Shown: positions 19,807 to 30,145, numbered from the stretch's first letter. The stretch: DNA of 64,000 bases from an uncultured Bdellovibrionales bacterium (GCA_964556685.1 CAZKWX010000001.1:95854-159853); one strand, 5' to 3'. The notes: generated by a model not told the origin, from the sequence alone. Program-made: numbers and translations.

Positions 19807-22572
19807 TTAAGCTTTCTGAGGAGACCCCTCAATTGCAACTGCTGATTTTTGTTTTTTCCGTTTAACTAATAAGTGAACTAGCAATATTGCCAGCAATGTG
19901 ATCGGGAACCAGAGCATGGCATCACAACGATAGATCCACCACAAGACCAAACCACCAATCGTGAAAGCTGCCGGCACAACATACTTCCTCATGCCACCCA
20001 ATTCTAGCTCTTTATTGTTCCAGCGAAACAGCGACCAGTTGACCGCCAAGCCATATGAAACCAAAGCTGCAATCCAAATCCAAAGCGGCAACGCGGCACA
20101 AGCCTTGGCATCTGAAACCCCCAGCACCGGTGCTGCTTGAGCAGCCGGAACCAATTCAAAAGGAGGTTCACCTTCTTCAGCTCCGACATAATATCCTTCA
20201 TTCACCACTTGCATGGCCAGGATTGCTTTTCCACTTCTAACTTCATCATCCATCGGATCATCGCCCTTAGCTTTGGCCACGAACTCATAGATTCCGGCAG
20301 AAGCCGAATTATTAATTAGCAACATATATTCAATCATGTACTCGGCTCCTTCTTCCATGTCACCCAATGGCCAGACATATTTGGCGATTTCCACTCCGGC
20401 ATCATTAAATAATCGATCAGAAAGCTTCACATCATAAATCGTGCTATCTCCATCGTTTTCAACATAAATCACGTGATAGACAATTTGACCGTTCACCACT
20501 GGAGCAGAAATGGTTTTCTCTCTCTTCACTTTCAAGCTCGAATCAGGACCCAAATAACTCTCAACCTCATATCCATATTCATACTCGTTATATTCACCTT
20601 CATAATTGTAATAAAGTTTTGTCTCATCTGAATCTGAGTTATTACCCTTTTCCTTTTCTTCAGTTTCAGTGACAATCTCAACTTCAGCGAAAAGAATTTC
20701 TGGCCCGTTTTCAGATTTGACAATAACTTTCATTTCTCCTGCTTGTCCACTGGGCACACTGCCCAAATCCCAAGTATGCGATTTTTTTCCACCCATTTCT
20801 CCACCATTAAGCGACATTGCTAAAGATACATTTTCCGCATCGGCTTTTCCATTGTTTCTAAATTTAACTGTATATTCATTCTGCTCGCCGGCTTCTAGCT
20901 CCTCTTTTCCATCATCAATTTCGACTTCCAATTCCGGATAGGCGAACTCCAGATCTCCTGTCCATTCACCCATAACATTAACCACCCCAAAGAGCCAGTT
21001 GCTGCCAACGATGTTAGTGTTGACCAGGTTGAAAATGTTAGAAAAGGCGCCAGCGTTACCAGTGTTAATTGCCACATCTCCTCCATTTTGATTAGCTTGA
21101 TTTTCGCCAGTGTTTGCATTGGCCTGAGCTGTGTTCGTAATATTTGCTAGGTTGTAGTTTTTAACTGTTAATTTTGCATCCCCTTGCCCTTCTTCGTCGG
21201 CTAAGAAAACATACCCCAGTTCGTCACCTTCATCGCCAAACCAATTTAAGATTTTTCCCCACCAGTTGCCATTTTCGTTGATAGTTAAAGAAAACCAATT
21301 GCTGCCAACAATGTTGGTGTTGGCTTGCGTTTCAACTTGGCTTTGAGCAAAGGCATCGCCAGTTTCAATTTCGACATCGCCATCATTCCCGTTGGCTTCA
21401 TTGTCGCCAGAGTTGGCACTGGCCCCCGCATCATTTTCAATGTCAGCTTGATTTACATTTTCAATTTCAACTGATGAATATTCATTGTTGAAAAATGGGA
21501 AAGACAGCAAGCCTTCTCCCGGAACAATTAAATCTCCTGACCAGTGACCGAAAACGTTGATCACAACAAAGACCCAATTGTCACCCACAATGTTGGTGTT
21601 GACTATATTAACTACATTGACCACTGCTTGAGCATTGCCAGTGTTGATTTCCACATCCCCTTCGTTCTCATTAGCTTCATTTCTTCCTGAGTTAGCATTA
21701 GCCTCTGCATCATTTTCAATGTCAGCTTGATTTTTGTTTTCAATGACTAATTCATCTGGACCTCCATCTTCTTCTTCATTATTTTCCTCTTCATCCATCA
21801 ACCCAATTAGTTTAAGAATGATCTCTAGCAAATTTATATCCTCTTCACTATAACCATAAATATTTTCAACTAAATCTTCCCAGTTCTCACCGACAATATT
21901 TGTGTTAACTTCATTATAGATATTAGCTTCGGCTTGGGCATCTCCAGTTTCGATAATCACTTCATCGTTGTTCTCTTCGTCCCCTTCTTCGCCATTCTCC
22001 TCCTGATTTTCCTCTTCCTCTTCGTTTGATGTTTCCTCCTCTTCGGTTTCCTCGATTGCTGCTGCTTCCTCATTTAGTTCGACTTCTTCCCCTTCTTCAT
22101 TTAACTCCGCTGTTTCTTCTTCATTTTCTTCCTTGGGCGGACATTTTTTCTTTCCTTCATTATTTTCATCTCCTTCTCCTTCTTCATTGTTCTCTTCTTC
22201 GTGAACTTCACATTCATCTTCCTCTTCGTCGACTGATTCTTCTCCGTTATTATTAGCTTCATTGTCACCAGTGTTAGCATCAGACGTTGCTTCATTATCA
22301 ACATCGGCATCATTTTCATTTTCAATCTCCACTTTGGTTTCTTTTTCGTTGTTTCCTTCTTCTTCGTTATTCTCTTCTTGTTCTTCCTCTCCCTCTTCTT
22401 CCAACACTTCTTCTGTTTCTTCTATTACTTCCTCGGTTTCTTCCAGAGGCTCCTCTGCTAATGCTTGTGACACCGCTAACGGCATGGCGGCTTGAAGCAC
22501 GACCAAATTCATGGTTAGCACACCAACCATAAATGTTTTTAGTACTTTTCTCTTTTTGATCTTCAACAACAT
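19807..22572 (-). CDS. large acidic surface protein with NTGxN repeats, Ig/DUF11-like domains and C-terminal TMs
   Basis: Signal peptide, Glu-rich tract, ANTG/SGxNEAN repeats, YTVKFRNNG, three C-terminal TMs. Confidence 0.8.
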   Translation of the reverse strand: MLLKIKKRKVLKTFMVGVLTMNLVVLQAAMPLAVSQALAEEPLEETEEVIEETEEVLEEEGEEEQEENNEEEGNNEKETKVEIENENDADVDNEATSDANTGDNEANNNGEESVDEEEDECEVHEEENNEEGEGDENNEGKKKCPPKEENEEETAELNEEGEEVELNEEAAAIEETEEEETSNEEEEENQEENGEEGDEENNDEVIIETGDAQAEANIYNEVNTNIVGENWEDLVENIYGYSEEDINLLEIILKLIGLMDEEENNEEEDGGPDELVIENKNQADIENDAEANANSGRNEANENEGDVEINTGNAQAVVNVVNIVNTNIVGDNWVFVVINVFGHWSGDLIVPGEGLLSFPFFNNEYSSVEIENVNQADIENDAGASANSGDNEANGNDGDVEIETGDAFAQSQVETQANTNIVGSNWFSLTINENGNWWGKILNWFGDEGDELGYVFLADEEGQGDAKLTVKNYNLANITNTAQANANTGENQANQNGGDVAINTGNAGAFSNIFNLVNTNIVGSNWLFGVVNVMGEWTGDLEFAYPELEVEIDDGKEELEAGEQNEYTVKFRNNGKADAENVSLAMSLNGGEMGGKKSHTWDLGSVPSGQAGEMKVIVKSENGPEILFAEVEIVTETEEKEKGNNSDSDETKLYYNYEGEYNEYEYGYEVESYLGPDSSLKVKREKTISAPVVNGQIVYHVIYVENDGDSTIYDVKLSDRLFNDAGVEIAKYVWPLGDMEEGAEYMIEYMLLINNSASAGIYEFVAKAKGDDPMDDEVRSGKAILAMQVVNEGYYVGAEEGEPPFELVPAAQAAPVLGVSDAKACAALPLWIWIAALVSYGLAVNWSLFRWNNKELELGGMRKYVVPAAFTIGGLVLWWIYRCDAMLWFPITLLAILLVHLLVKRKKQKSAVAIEGSPQKA

Positions 22573-22771
22573 GTCTATGTATATTTAGAAATAATTTTGT
22601 AACCCTTGAATCGAGTCCTGATTTTCTTAAGACCTACTACTTACAACCAGACATACAACCAACGCCCTTCTTACCTACTGCCTTCCAATAAAGTCCACGG
22701 CTGAGGGGAAAAGTTTACCACCGCTTTCCCCCTCGAGCTGAGAACTCTATCGCTTATAAGCGATCACGTAA

Positions 22772-23287
22772 CTATCGGATCCTGGTTACGTTGCTGTTCA
22801 CCAATACTGTAGCTTCTGCCCAAGAGTCAGCATCGCCAGTATAGATTTCTACTGCTCCACCTCGACCTCCACAACGACCACACCGTCCTCTTCTGCTTCC
22901 ATTGTCATTAGCATCGTTCTTGCCAGTGTCTGATTCAGCGCTAACATCATTGTCAACGTCAGCGTCGTTTCCATTGCCTACCCACACTCGACTGTGCCGA
23001 CCGCTAATCATAGTTCGGTTTTCGTTAGCGGTTGTGTCAGCGTAAGCATCAGATATAGCATCGCCGGTATCAATCATAACTCTTCTGGCTCGGTTTCGAT
23101 TAGCATCGTTCTTACCAGTGTCTGATTCAGCGCTAACATCATTGTCAACGTCAGCGTCGTTCCAGTTTTCTACTGAAACGCTAGACCCACGATGATGATG
23201 GCGTCCTGCGAAAGCTGGAGCAACTACGAATGCAAATACTATAGCCGCTACAGGAATAATTGCTAAATACTTTTTCATTTTGTTCAC
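22772..23287 (-). CDS. small secreted repeat protein
   Basis: Signal peptide; NDADVDNDVSAESDTGKNDAN twice (63-bp repeat at 22907-22969 and 23099-23161, 1 mismatch). Confidence 0.8.
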   Translation of the reverse strand: MNKMKKYLAIIPVAAIVFAFVVAPAFAGRHHHRGSSVSVENWNDADVDNDVSAESDTGKNDANRNRARRVMIDTGDAISDAYADTTANENRTMISGRHSRVWVGNGNDADVDNDVSAESDTGKNDANDNGSRRGRCGRCGGRGGAVEIYTGDADSWAEATVLVNSNVTRIR

Positions 23288-23622
23288 CTTCCTTTCTAGT
23301 TTTAAGATTTATTTTACTTTCTGTTTATTTCATGCATCGCAAACAAAAACTGCCCCTTGGTTCAACTTTTTTTCAAGTAAACCAAAAGGCAGTCCCTGTT
23401 GTTCGAAATCACAAAAATTTTTCTTGAGTCAGAACGCTCAGAACAAATCATTGTTATCTCCTCTAATTCTTATCAATCCCTCCGCCCCTCCAAACCCTCC
23501 AAATCTCAAAAGCGAACTAACCTCCTATTATCTTTCTTACATAAGCCCTAACTGCGTTCTTTCATTATGATATATAATAATTTCTTAAAATGCAAACTAT
23601 TCTTGCTTCTTCGAATACCTCA

Positions 23623-23651
23623 TGTAGGAAACGCACATGTGCGTTTCCTAC
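23623..23651. repeat. GTAG-capped palindrome (REP-like)
   Basis: GTAGGAAACGCACATGTGCGTTTCCTAC. Confidence 0.8.
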
Positions 23652-23911
23652 GCTGACATCTGTCTGCGTCTTCATGATCCGATAATTTTTTAAAAGTTTC
23701 TTTTTATAACAACACAACTAACTCTTCATTGTCAATTATCGGATATACTGAAAAGTCTTTATTTAAAGTAAACTATTAAAGCTAAAATCTTTTACTCTTT
23801 TCCGGGTTTTTATAACGTTTTCAATGTTTTTCAATGTTTAAATTTTCAATTCGAGTTTTTTATAAACAAAAACCATATAAAAAAACAGGCATGTCAATGC
23901 CCATCTATTTT

Positions 23912-24035
23912 TTCTCCCCCTGCCCACCTGCCTTCCGTAGCTTTCCTGGCCTTCATAGTTTTAGCGAAGTGGACAGCGAAGGAAGGAGGGGGAGATACAG
24001 AGGGGGTGGGAGCTTTTCCCCATCGCCCCTTTGAC
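23912..24035. repeat. nested palindromic element downstream of rpsI
   Basis: CTCCCCC...GGGGGAG shell enclosing two nested CTTC..AG/CGAAG units. Confidence 0.7.
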
Positions 24036-24048
24036 CTCAGTGCTCTTG

Positions 24049-24456
24049 CTAGCGCTTCGACCACTGAGGTGATCGTCTCGCTTTCTTCAGTCCTGGCTTC
24101 TTCCTTTCCTTCTTTCGTGGATCGCGTTTGAGATGATCCAGGTCTCGCAAAGTCTTTTGAAACTCTCCGTTGAGTTTCACCAAGGCTCGTGCCAAACCTA
24201 GTTGAATTGCATCTGCCTGGCCGCGCTGTCCGCCACCTTTCACCCTGGCTTTGATCAAAAGATCTTTCATGGCGGTGGCTTCGAGTGGAGCATAGACTGC
24301 GTTGATTAGTTCAATCGTGTTGAAATATTCTTCGGCTTTTCTTTTGCCCACTTTGATTCCCTTTTCCTTTTCACCTTCAAAAATCCGCACTCTGGCAATT
24401 GATGCTTTGCGTCGTCCCACTCCTTCATAGTATTGATTTTTTTCTTGCTTAGCCAT
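24049..24456 (-). CDS. rpsI: 30S ribosomal protein S9
   Basis: GRRK..ARV, GGG..GQADAI, KKARRSPQWSKR. Confidence 0.98.
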   Translation of the reverse strand: MAKQEKNQYYEGVGRRKASIARVRIFEGEKEKGIKVGKRKAEEYFNTIELINAVYAPLEATAMKDLLIKARVKGGGQRGQADAIQLGLARALVKLNGEFQKTLRDLDHLKRDPRKKERKKPGLKKARRSPQWSKR

Positions 24457-24464
24457 TTTGAAAA

Positions 24465-24857
24465 TTATTTAATCTTTTTTCCGAATGTATGCTTATCGTC
24501 TTTGAAAATTCTCAGCCGTTTCATCGCTCGGCTAGAAAGTTTGTTCTTTGGCAGCATTCCTTCCACTGCGTGTTTGATCACCTCTCGAGAATCCTCTCCC
24601 ATTGCCTCCTCAAAAGTTCTTTGCTTGATTCCGCCAGGATAGCCAGTGTGGCGCCAATAGATTTTTTTCTTGGCTTTCTCACCAGAGAGCCTCACTTTAT
24701 CAGAGTTGATCACGATTGCCCAATCGCTTCCGCCCACGTTGGGAGCAAAGTCAACTTTATTTTTTCCACTTAATACTTTGGCAATCTCGGTCGCCAAACG
24801 TCCGAGGATTTTTCCCTTGGCATCAAACAGAATATATTGTTCTTCTTGCTTGTTCAT
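24465..24857 (-). CDS. rplM: 50S ribosomal protein L13 (start moved to MNKQ)
   Basis: DAKGKILGRLATEIA, HTGYPGG, GMLPKN; the ORF-track extension is repeat DNA. Confidence 0.97.
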   Translation of the reverse strand: MNKQEEQYILFDAKGKILGRLATEIAKVLSGKNKVDFAPNVGGSDWAIVINSDKVRLSGEKAKKKIYWRHTGYPGGIKQRTFEEAMGEDSREVIKHAVEGMLPKNKLSSRAMKRLRIFKDDKHTFGKKIK

Positions 24858-24964
24858 CCTTGCATTGTCATTCCCGCACCGCATCCAACCTATGCTAAAG
24901 CTACGGCAGGCAGGCAAGTGCGGCATAAACTCCGGCGGGAATCTATTAATTTAATGATTCAGAA

Positions 24965-25447
24965 TTATTTCTTATCGTCTTTAGCCTTCTCTTCTTCCTT
25001 CTTCTCTTTTTTTGACTTTTTCTTGTCATCTTGCGCGTTAGCGCTCTTCGAAGTCCCGCTTTTACGGGACGAAGTAGAGCCAGCTTCCCCCACCCACTCG
25101 ATAATGGCTCGTTCAGAACTGTCACTCTTTCGAAATGGCAATTTTACAATTCTAGTATAACCGCCCTTGCGATCAGAAAAGGTTTTGGCAATCTCAATCA
25201 ATTTCTTGGCAGATTTTTCCGGCAAATCTTTCTTGAGCAAGCGGATAGCTGTTACTTTCTTTAAATCATCTGTTGCTTTTTTCGCCCGCGTCACCATCTT
25301 CTCTGCAAAGGGTCGCAACTCTTTGGCTTTGGCCAATGTCGTTTCAATCCTTCGAGTTGAGATCAAACCAACCAAAAGCGACCTGAGCAGTGCTCTCTTT
25401 TGCTTTGAACTTCGTGATAATGTTCTTCCAACTCTTCGCTTTTTCAT
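24965..25447 (-). CDS. rplQ: 50S ribosomal protein L17 with in-frame repeat and charged tail
   Basis: RIETTLAKAKELR, RKGGYTRIVK. Confidence 0.97.
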   Translation of the reverse strand: MKKRRVGRTLSRSSKQKRALLRSLLVGLISTRRIETTLAKAKELRPFAEKMVTRAKKATDDLKKVTAIRLLKKDLPEKSAKKLIEIAKTFSDRKGGYTRIVKLPFRKSDSSERAIIEWVGEAGSTSSRKSGTSKSANAQDDKKKSKKEKKEEEKAKDDKK

Positions 25448-25464
25448 GATTTATCTCGCTAAAT

Positions 25465-26448
25465 CTATTTTTCTTGTTGCTCTTCTGGTTTAAGAGTTAT
25501 TCCCAACGTCCCAATCGCTTTTTTGATCTCCTTGACTCCCTTTTCACCCATTCCTTCCAATTCAGAAAGATCCTCTTCAGTCATGGCTTCCAGTTGGTCA
25601 ACATTTTCGACATCATTAGCTTCCAAAACATTAAGGGTTCGAGTGGACAGATTTAAATCTCTCACACCTTTCGTTTCTTCTTCAACTTCCTCTTTCCCAT
25701 CCTCCTTTTCTTGGCCTTCTTCTTCGTCCACCACCAGTTCCTTCGGTGCATCTTCTTCATCAGCTCCAATGTTGGCCACTGCGTTGAACTGAGACATCAG
25801 AATTTCCACCGCTTGGGTGTAGGCTTCTTCTGGAGTGATGCTGCCGTCAGTCACTACTTCAAGAGTGATCTTGTCATAGTCTGTTCTTTTTCCAACTCGC
25901 ATGTTGTCAATGTCAAAATTAACTCTCTTAACCGGATTATAGACAGCGTCAATGGCGATAGTTCCAATTTCTTTTTCTTCTCGCTCTTGCTGTTCCACGG
26001 GAACATAGCCCAATCCTCTTTCCACTTTCACTTCCAATTCCAAAACTGCTGACGAGGTGGTGGTGTGAGCAACGACTTTCCCCGGATTGACCACTTCAAT
26101 TTCAGAAGTAGTTTTGAAATCCTTGGCGATTACTTCCTTTTCGCCCTTCACTTTGAGGAAAATAGTTGCTTCTTCAACATCGTGGAGTCTGAAGCGAACT
26201 TGCTTGAGATTCAACATTATTTGAACGGCGTCTTCCATCACTCCTTTAACAGTAGTAAATTCGTGAGTAATTCCCTTGATTTTCACCGCCGTAGCTGCAT
26301 TGCCTGGCAAAGACGAAAGCAGGGCTCGACGCAGCGAATTTCCAATGGTTGTTCCATAGCCCGGGAAACATCCTTCGATGACAAAGCGACCGCTGTTGTC
26401 ATCGATTTTCTCATACTTAGGTGATTTGGGGAGCGCGATTGAGATCAT
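25465..26448 (-). CDS. rpoA: RNA polymerase alpha subunit
   Basis: GYGTTIGNSLRRALLSSLPG, RVGKRTDYDK. Confidence 0.98.
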   Translation of the reverse strand: MISIALPKSPKYEKIDDNSGRFVIEGCFPGYGTTIGNSLRRALLSSLPGNAATAVKIKGITHEFTTVKGVMEDAVQIMLNLKQVRFRLHDVEEATIFLKVKGEKEVIAKDFKTTSEIEVVNPGKVVAHTTTSSAVLELEVKVERGLGYVPVEQQEREEKEIGTIAIDAVYNPVKRVNFDIDNMRVGKRTDYDKITLEVVTDGSITPEEAYTQAVEILMSQFNAVANIGADEEDAPKELVVDEEEGQEKEDGKEEVEEETKGVRDLNLSTRTLNVLEANDVENVDQLEAMTEEDLSELEGMGEKGVKEIKKAIGTLGITLKPEEQQEK

Positions 26449-26670
26449 TTTTTTTACAATTAATAATTACTTTATTTTTTGTAATCCTTTACGAATTACT
26501 AATCAAATACCAATATACCAATAAAAATCCTAAACTCTAAATTCAAATACCTGAAATTCAAAATGTTCTGAGCTTAAAATTTGGAAAATTTGAATTTATT
26601 TAGGGTTTAGATATTAGGATTTAGGATTTAAACAAATTCGTATATTCGTACAAAATTCGTAATTCGTAAC

Positions 26671-27303
26671 CTATCGTGAGTAGAATTCAAGTACTGCTGC
26701 TAGATCCACATCTGAGATTGCTTCCTCTTTGGTCGGCTTGGACAGAACTTTGGCTTGCATATTTTTGGGATCGAGCGAAAGCCACGATGGCGTTTCTTGT
26801 TTTTTCTTCATGATTGATCGCAATTCTTTCATGTAGGTCTTCTCCATTTTTCCTTCCTTCACCTGAATCTCCTGACCCACTTTGATCTTGGCTGAGGGAA
26901 CATTCAGCACCTTGTCGCCCACAGTGAACATACTGTGGCTGACTAGTTGTCGAGCTTGCGCCCGAGAGCTTGCGATTCCCAAACGATAGATTATATTATC
27001 AAATCTGGATTCCAATTCCAAAATTAGATTATCACCCACCACACCTTTTTGTTTTTGAGCATTTCCCAAATGCCGGCGCAATTGCCGCTCTGACAGGCCA
27101 TAAAGTCTTTTGAGCTTTTGCTTCTCGGCTAGCTGTTTTCCAAATTCTGAAAGTCCTCTTTGCCCTTTTGGCCCGTGCATTCCTGGCACATAGGGCTTTC
27201 TAGTCACCGCGCACTTTGGCGTGAGACACCGATCACCCTTAAGAAAGAGCTTCTCTCCAGCCCTGCGACAAAGTTTACATTTTGAATTCGAATCTTTCGC
27301 CAT
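26671..27303 (-). CDS. rpsD: 30S ribosomal protein S4 (Cys/zinc type)
   Basis: CKLCRR, KQKLKRLYG, RAQARQLVSH, EFYSR. Confidence 0.98.
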   Translation of the reverse strand: MAKDSNSKCKLCRRAGEKLFLKGDRCLTPKCAVTRKPYVPGMHGPKGQRGLSEFGKQLAEKQKLKRLYGLSERQLRRHLGNAQKQKGVVGDNLILELESRFDNIIYRLGIASSRAQARQLVSHSMFTVGDKVLNVPSAKIKVGQEIQVKEGKMEKTYMKELRSIMKKKQETPSWLSLDPKNMQAKVLSKPTKEEAISDVDLAAVLEFYSR

Positions 27304-27309
27304 TTTAGA

Positions 27310-27490
27310 TAATACTTAATAATGCTAATCTCATGCGAATTTTGCTAATATACCAATCGTTTTTTCTATTCGCATATTCGCAACATTCGCATACCATTCG
27401 TAGATTAGTATTATATTGTTCGTATCATTCGCATATCATTCGCCCGCCTGCTTTGCATGCACAGCATTGCGGGCAGGTGGATTAGTATTA
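27310..27490. mobile_element. gene-less TAATAC...GTATTA element (GxxExxY-flank family)
   Basis: GCTAAT/GCGAAT units facing ATTCGC/ATTAG units; contains the shared 54-bp block. Confidence 0.65.
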
Positions 27491-27492
27491 CA

Positions 27493-28086
27493 TTAAACTC
27501 TTCTGGGCTTCTTTGGTCGACAACCATTGTGAGGAATTGGAGTTACATCTTTGATTGAAGACAAATTATATCCTTTCTGAACTAATGCCCGCAGAGCTGC
27601 ATCTCGACCACTGCCAACACCTTTAATGAAAACTTCGACATCTCTCAGGCCGAATCTTTGCACCTTGTCATGCGCATCATTGATCACTTGAGCAGCCGCG
27701 TAGGTGGTTGCTTTCTTGGCTCCTCTGAATCCCAAAAGTCCCGCCGAAGACCAAGCCAAGCCGTTGCCATGAATATCTGTGAATTGAATAGTGGTGTTGT
27801 TATAAGTCGACTTGATATATGCTCGTCCTTTCTGAATTTGTCTTCGAATCTTCTTTTTCTTTCGTCCGGAAGACTTATCGTCATTTTCTTTTTTACCCTT
27901 ATCATCTTTGCCAGTATCTTTTCTGTTTTCCTTTTTTTCATCAGCACTCTTGGATGTTTTGCTTTTTTTCTCCACCACAACATCGGCCTCTTTCGAGATC
28001 TTTTCTTCTTTCGCGTCAGCGCCCTTCGTAGCCCCGTTTTGACGGGGCGAAGTAGGGTCTTCAGTTTTCTTTTTCTCTTCAGCCAT
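27493..28086 (-). CDS. rpsK: 30S ribosomal protein S11 with charged N-extension and in-frame repeat
   Basis: STYNNT, WSSAG, DVTPIPHNGCRPKKPRRV. Confidence 0.98.
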   Translation of the reverse strand: MAEEKKKTEDPTSPRQNGATKGADAKEEKISKEADVVVEKKSKTSKSADEKKENRKDTGKDDKGKKENDDKSSGRKKKKIRRQIQKGRAYIKSTYNNTTIQFTDIHGNGLAWSSAGLLGFRGAKKATTYAAAQVINDAHDKVQRFGLRDVEVFIKGVGSGRDAALRALVQKGYNLSSIKDVTPIPHNGCRPKKPRRV

Positions 28087-28093
28087 ATAAATA

Positions 28094-28270
28094 TAATACT
28101 AATAACACTAATCTCATGCGAATGCCGCTAATACGCTAATAAATACAATACTAATGGATGTTACTTTATGCTAATCTTTCCTAGGTTCAATTCGCATATT
28201 CGCATCATTCGCATATCATTCGCCCGCCTGCTTTGCATGCACAGCATTGCGGGCAGGTGGATTAGTATTA
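28094..28270. mobile_element. gene-less TAATAC...GTATTA element
   Basis: 28204-28270 is identical to 27424-27490. Confidence 0.65.
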
Positions 28271-28313
28271 TACCCATTTGTACATCTGTATATCTGTACT
28301 TAATCTGTAATTA

Positions 28314-28703
28314 CTATGTTTTTTCAACACTCCTTCGACCACTGCCCATGGTCACTCGCTTATTACCTCGTACTGTACGCGTGTTGGTTCTGGTCTTTTG
28401 GCCCCGCACTGGCAATCCCTTGCTATGTCTTGATCCGCGATAGGAACCAACTTCTTTGAGTCGCTTGATGTTCATTGACTTCTGCCGCTTCAATTCTCCT
28501 TCTAGCGTATACTTATCTTCAATTTCGGCCCGCAGTTTGTTCAGATCATCGGCTGAAAGTTTGCCGGCTCGAATATCCTTGTCGATACTCAATCTATCCA
28601 AGATTTCTCCAGCTCGAGAACGACCGATGCCATAAACATAGGTTAGGGAAATTTCTATTCTTTTTTCATCGGGAATGTTCACCCCGGCGATTCTTACAGC
28701 CAT
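28314..28703 (-). CDS. rpsM: 30S ribosomal protein S13
   Basis: [23 protein letters not shown]. Confidence 0.98.
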   Translation of the reverse strand: MAVRIAGVNIPDEKRIEISLTYVYGIGRSRAGEILDRLSIDKDIRAGKLSADDLNKLRAEIEDKYTLEGELKRQKSMNIKRLKEVGSYRGSRHSKGLPVRGQKTRTNTRTVRGNKRVTMGSGRRSVEKT

Positions 28704-28708
28704 AATTA

Positions 28709-28853
28709 TAATACTAAATGACACTAATCTCATGTGAATACCACTAATATGCTAATCTTCTGTCCGATACTTATTCGCATATTCGCGTCATTCGCATGTC
28801 ATTCGCCCGCCTGCTTTGCATGCACAGCATTGCGGGCAGGTGGATTAGTATTG
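28709..28853. mobile_element. gene-less TAATAC...GTATT element
   Basis: Third copy of the 54-bp block at 28799-28852. Confidence 0.65.
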
Positions 28854-28856
28854 CGT

Positions 28857-28970
28857 CTATCCTTGTCGTTGTTTATGCTTCGGATTTTTACAAATAACAT
28901 AAACTCGCCCTTTGCGTCGGACGATTTTACATTTGTCACATCTTTTTTTTACCGAAGCTTGAACTTTCAC
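28857..28970 (-). CDS. rpmJ: 50S ribosomal protein L36 (not in ORF track)
   Basis: GTG start; [37 protein letters not shown]. Confidence 0.97.
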   Translation of the reverse strand: MKVQASVKKRCDKCKIVRRKGRVYVICKNPKHKQRQG

Positions 28971-29335
28971 AGTTGTTTACGAATTACCTGCCCGCTTTGT
29001 GTTGCTGACTGGTAATGTTTTGCTAAATGCAATTAATTATTTGGAAAAAAATAACTTAAATCTGATTATCAAAGCAAGGCAGGCGGGCTAATCAAATACC
29101 AATATACGGATCTTTCTGTCAACGTTTAATGTCTAGTCTTAGTTCTCTTGTTTCCTTTCCCCCTTTAGCAAAGGGGGGAAGGAAAATATAGGCGAGTGAA
29201 GCGAGCCATATTTTTCAGGCCTGCCCTACGAAGCTTTCCTGACCTTCGTAGTTTCAACGAAGTAGGTTAGCGAAGTAGGGGGGATTTGAATTTGTTCGTA
29301 TATTCGTACTAAATTCGTAATTCGTAGAGAACTTT

Positions 29336-29554
29336 CTAGAGCCTGCGAGTAATCCGGCCTTTGGTCAAATCATAGGGACTCATTTCGATTTCAACCTTAT
29401 CACCCGGCATCAATTTGATAAAATGAATTCTCATTTTCCCGGAAATATGCGCCAAAATAATATGCCCGTTTTCAAGTTTGACTCGGAACATTGTGCTGGG
29501 AAGCAACTCGGTCACTTCCCCTTCAAGTTTTACAATTTCCTTTTCCTTAGACAT
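29336..29554 (-). CDS. infA: translation initiation factor IF-1
   Basis: [29 protein letters not shown]. Confidence 0.98.
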   Translation of the reverse strand: MSKEKEIVKLEGEVTELLPSTMFRVKLENGHIILAHISGKMRIHFIKLMPGDKVEIEMSPYDLTKGRITRRL

Positions 29555-29559
29555 AAATG

Positions 29560-29715
29560 TAATACTAATGATGCTAATCTCATGCAAATACCACTAATAT
29601 GCTAATAAGTACAATACTAATGATGCGAATTTATGCTAATCTACAAATATGCTAATCTTACTTAAGTTCTATTCGCATATTTGTGTCATTCGCATTCATT
29701 TGTAAATTTGTATTA
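29560..29715. mobile_element. gene-less TAATAC...GTATTA element
   Basis: AATCTACAAATATGC (29638-29652) is identical to the GxxExxY flank at 45971-45985. Confidence 0.7.
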
Positions 29716-29907
29716 TACCTATTCGTATATTCGTACACAATTCGTAATTAGTAGAAAACACAAAAACAGAAGGTGTTTTAAACAGACCGGTCCGAGGTCT
29801 TGATTTCAACCCTATAACCTTCGTTAGTTACGTATGAATAAATTTTTCAAGATTAACCGCTACAATCCAGACTATATAAAAAAGCAGTAATTGTCAAGCG
29901 TTTTCGG

Positions 29908-30096
29908 CTATTCCTTCCAGTCTTTAATAGTTATTTCTTTTTTCTTCTCGTCTATGTTCAACTCCACTTTTTGCTTTTCTTTCCACCTCCAACGACGTAT
30001 AACATCGATCGGAAGAGTTATGGCATAGCTTGAACCACCAGAAATCTTGGTAATCTTCCTGATATTTCTCTCTTCTAATTTTCTTCTAGTCTTCAT
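29908..30096 (-). CDS. AbrB/MazE/SpoVT-type DNA-binding protein
   Basis: IRKITKISGGSSYAITLPIDVIR. Confidence 0.8.
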   Translation of the reverse strand: MKTRRKLEERNIRKITKISGGSSYAITLPIDVIRRWRWKEKQKVELNIDEKKKEITIKDWKE

Positions 30097-30145
30097 TGAT
30101 AGAAATCAAAATTAAATACATATTTATCTACGTAGTTGCGAATAA

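Noticed and set aside
24858-24926. ORF-track N-terminal extensions of rplM (also rpsM, infA, M48)
   Set aside because: They are translations of upstream repeat DNA; the conserved starts are downstream.
27424-28852. CRISPR array from the three identical repeats
   Set aside because: The intervals are 583-780 bp and contain r-protein genes; no cas genes are present.
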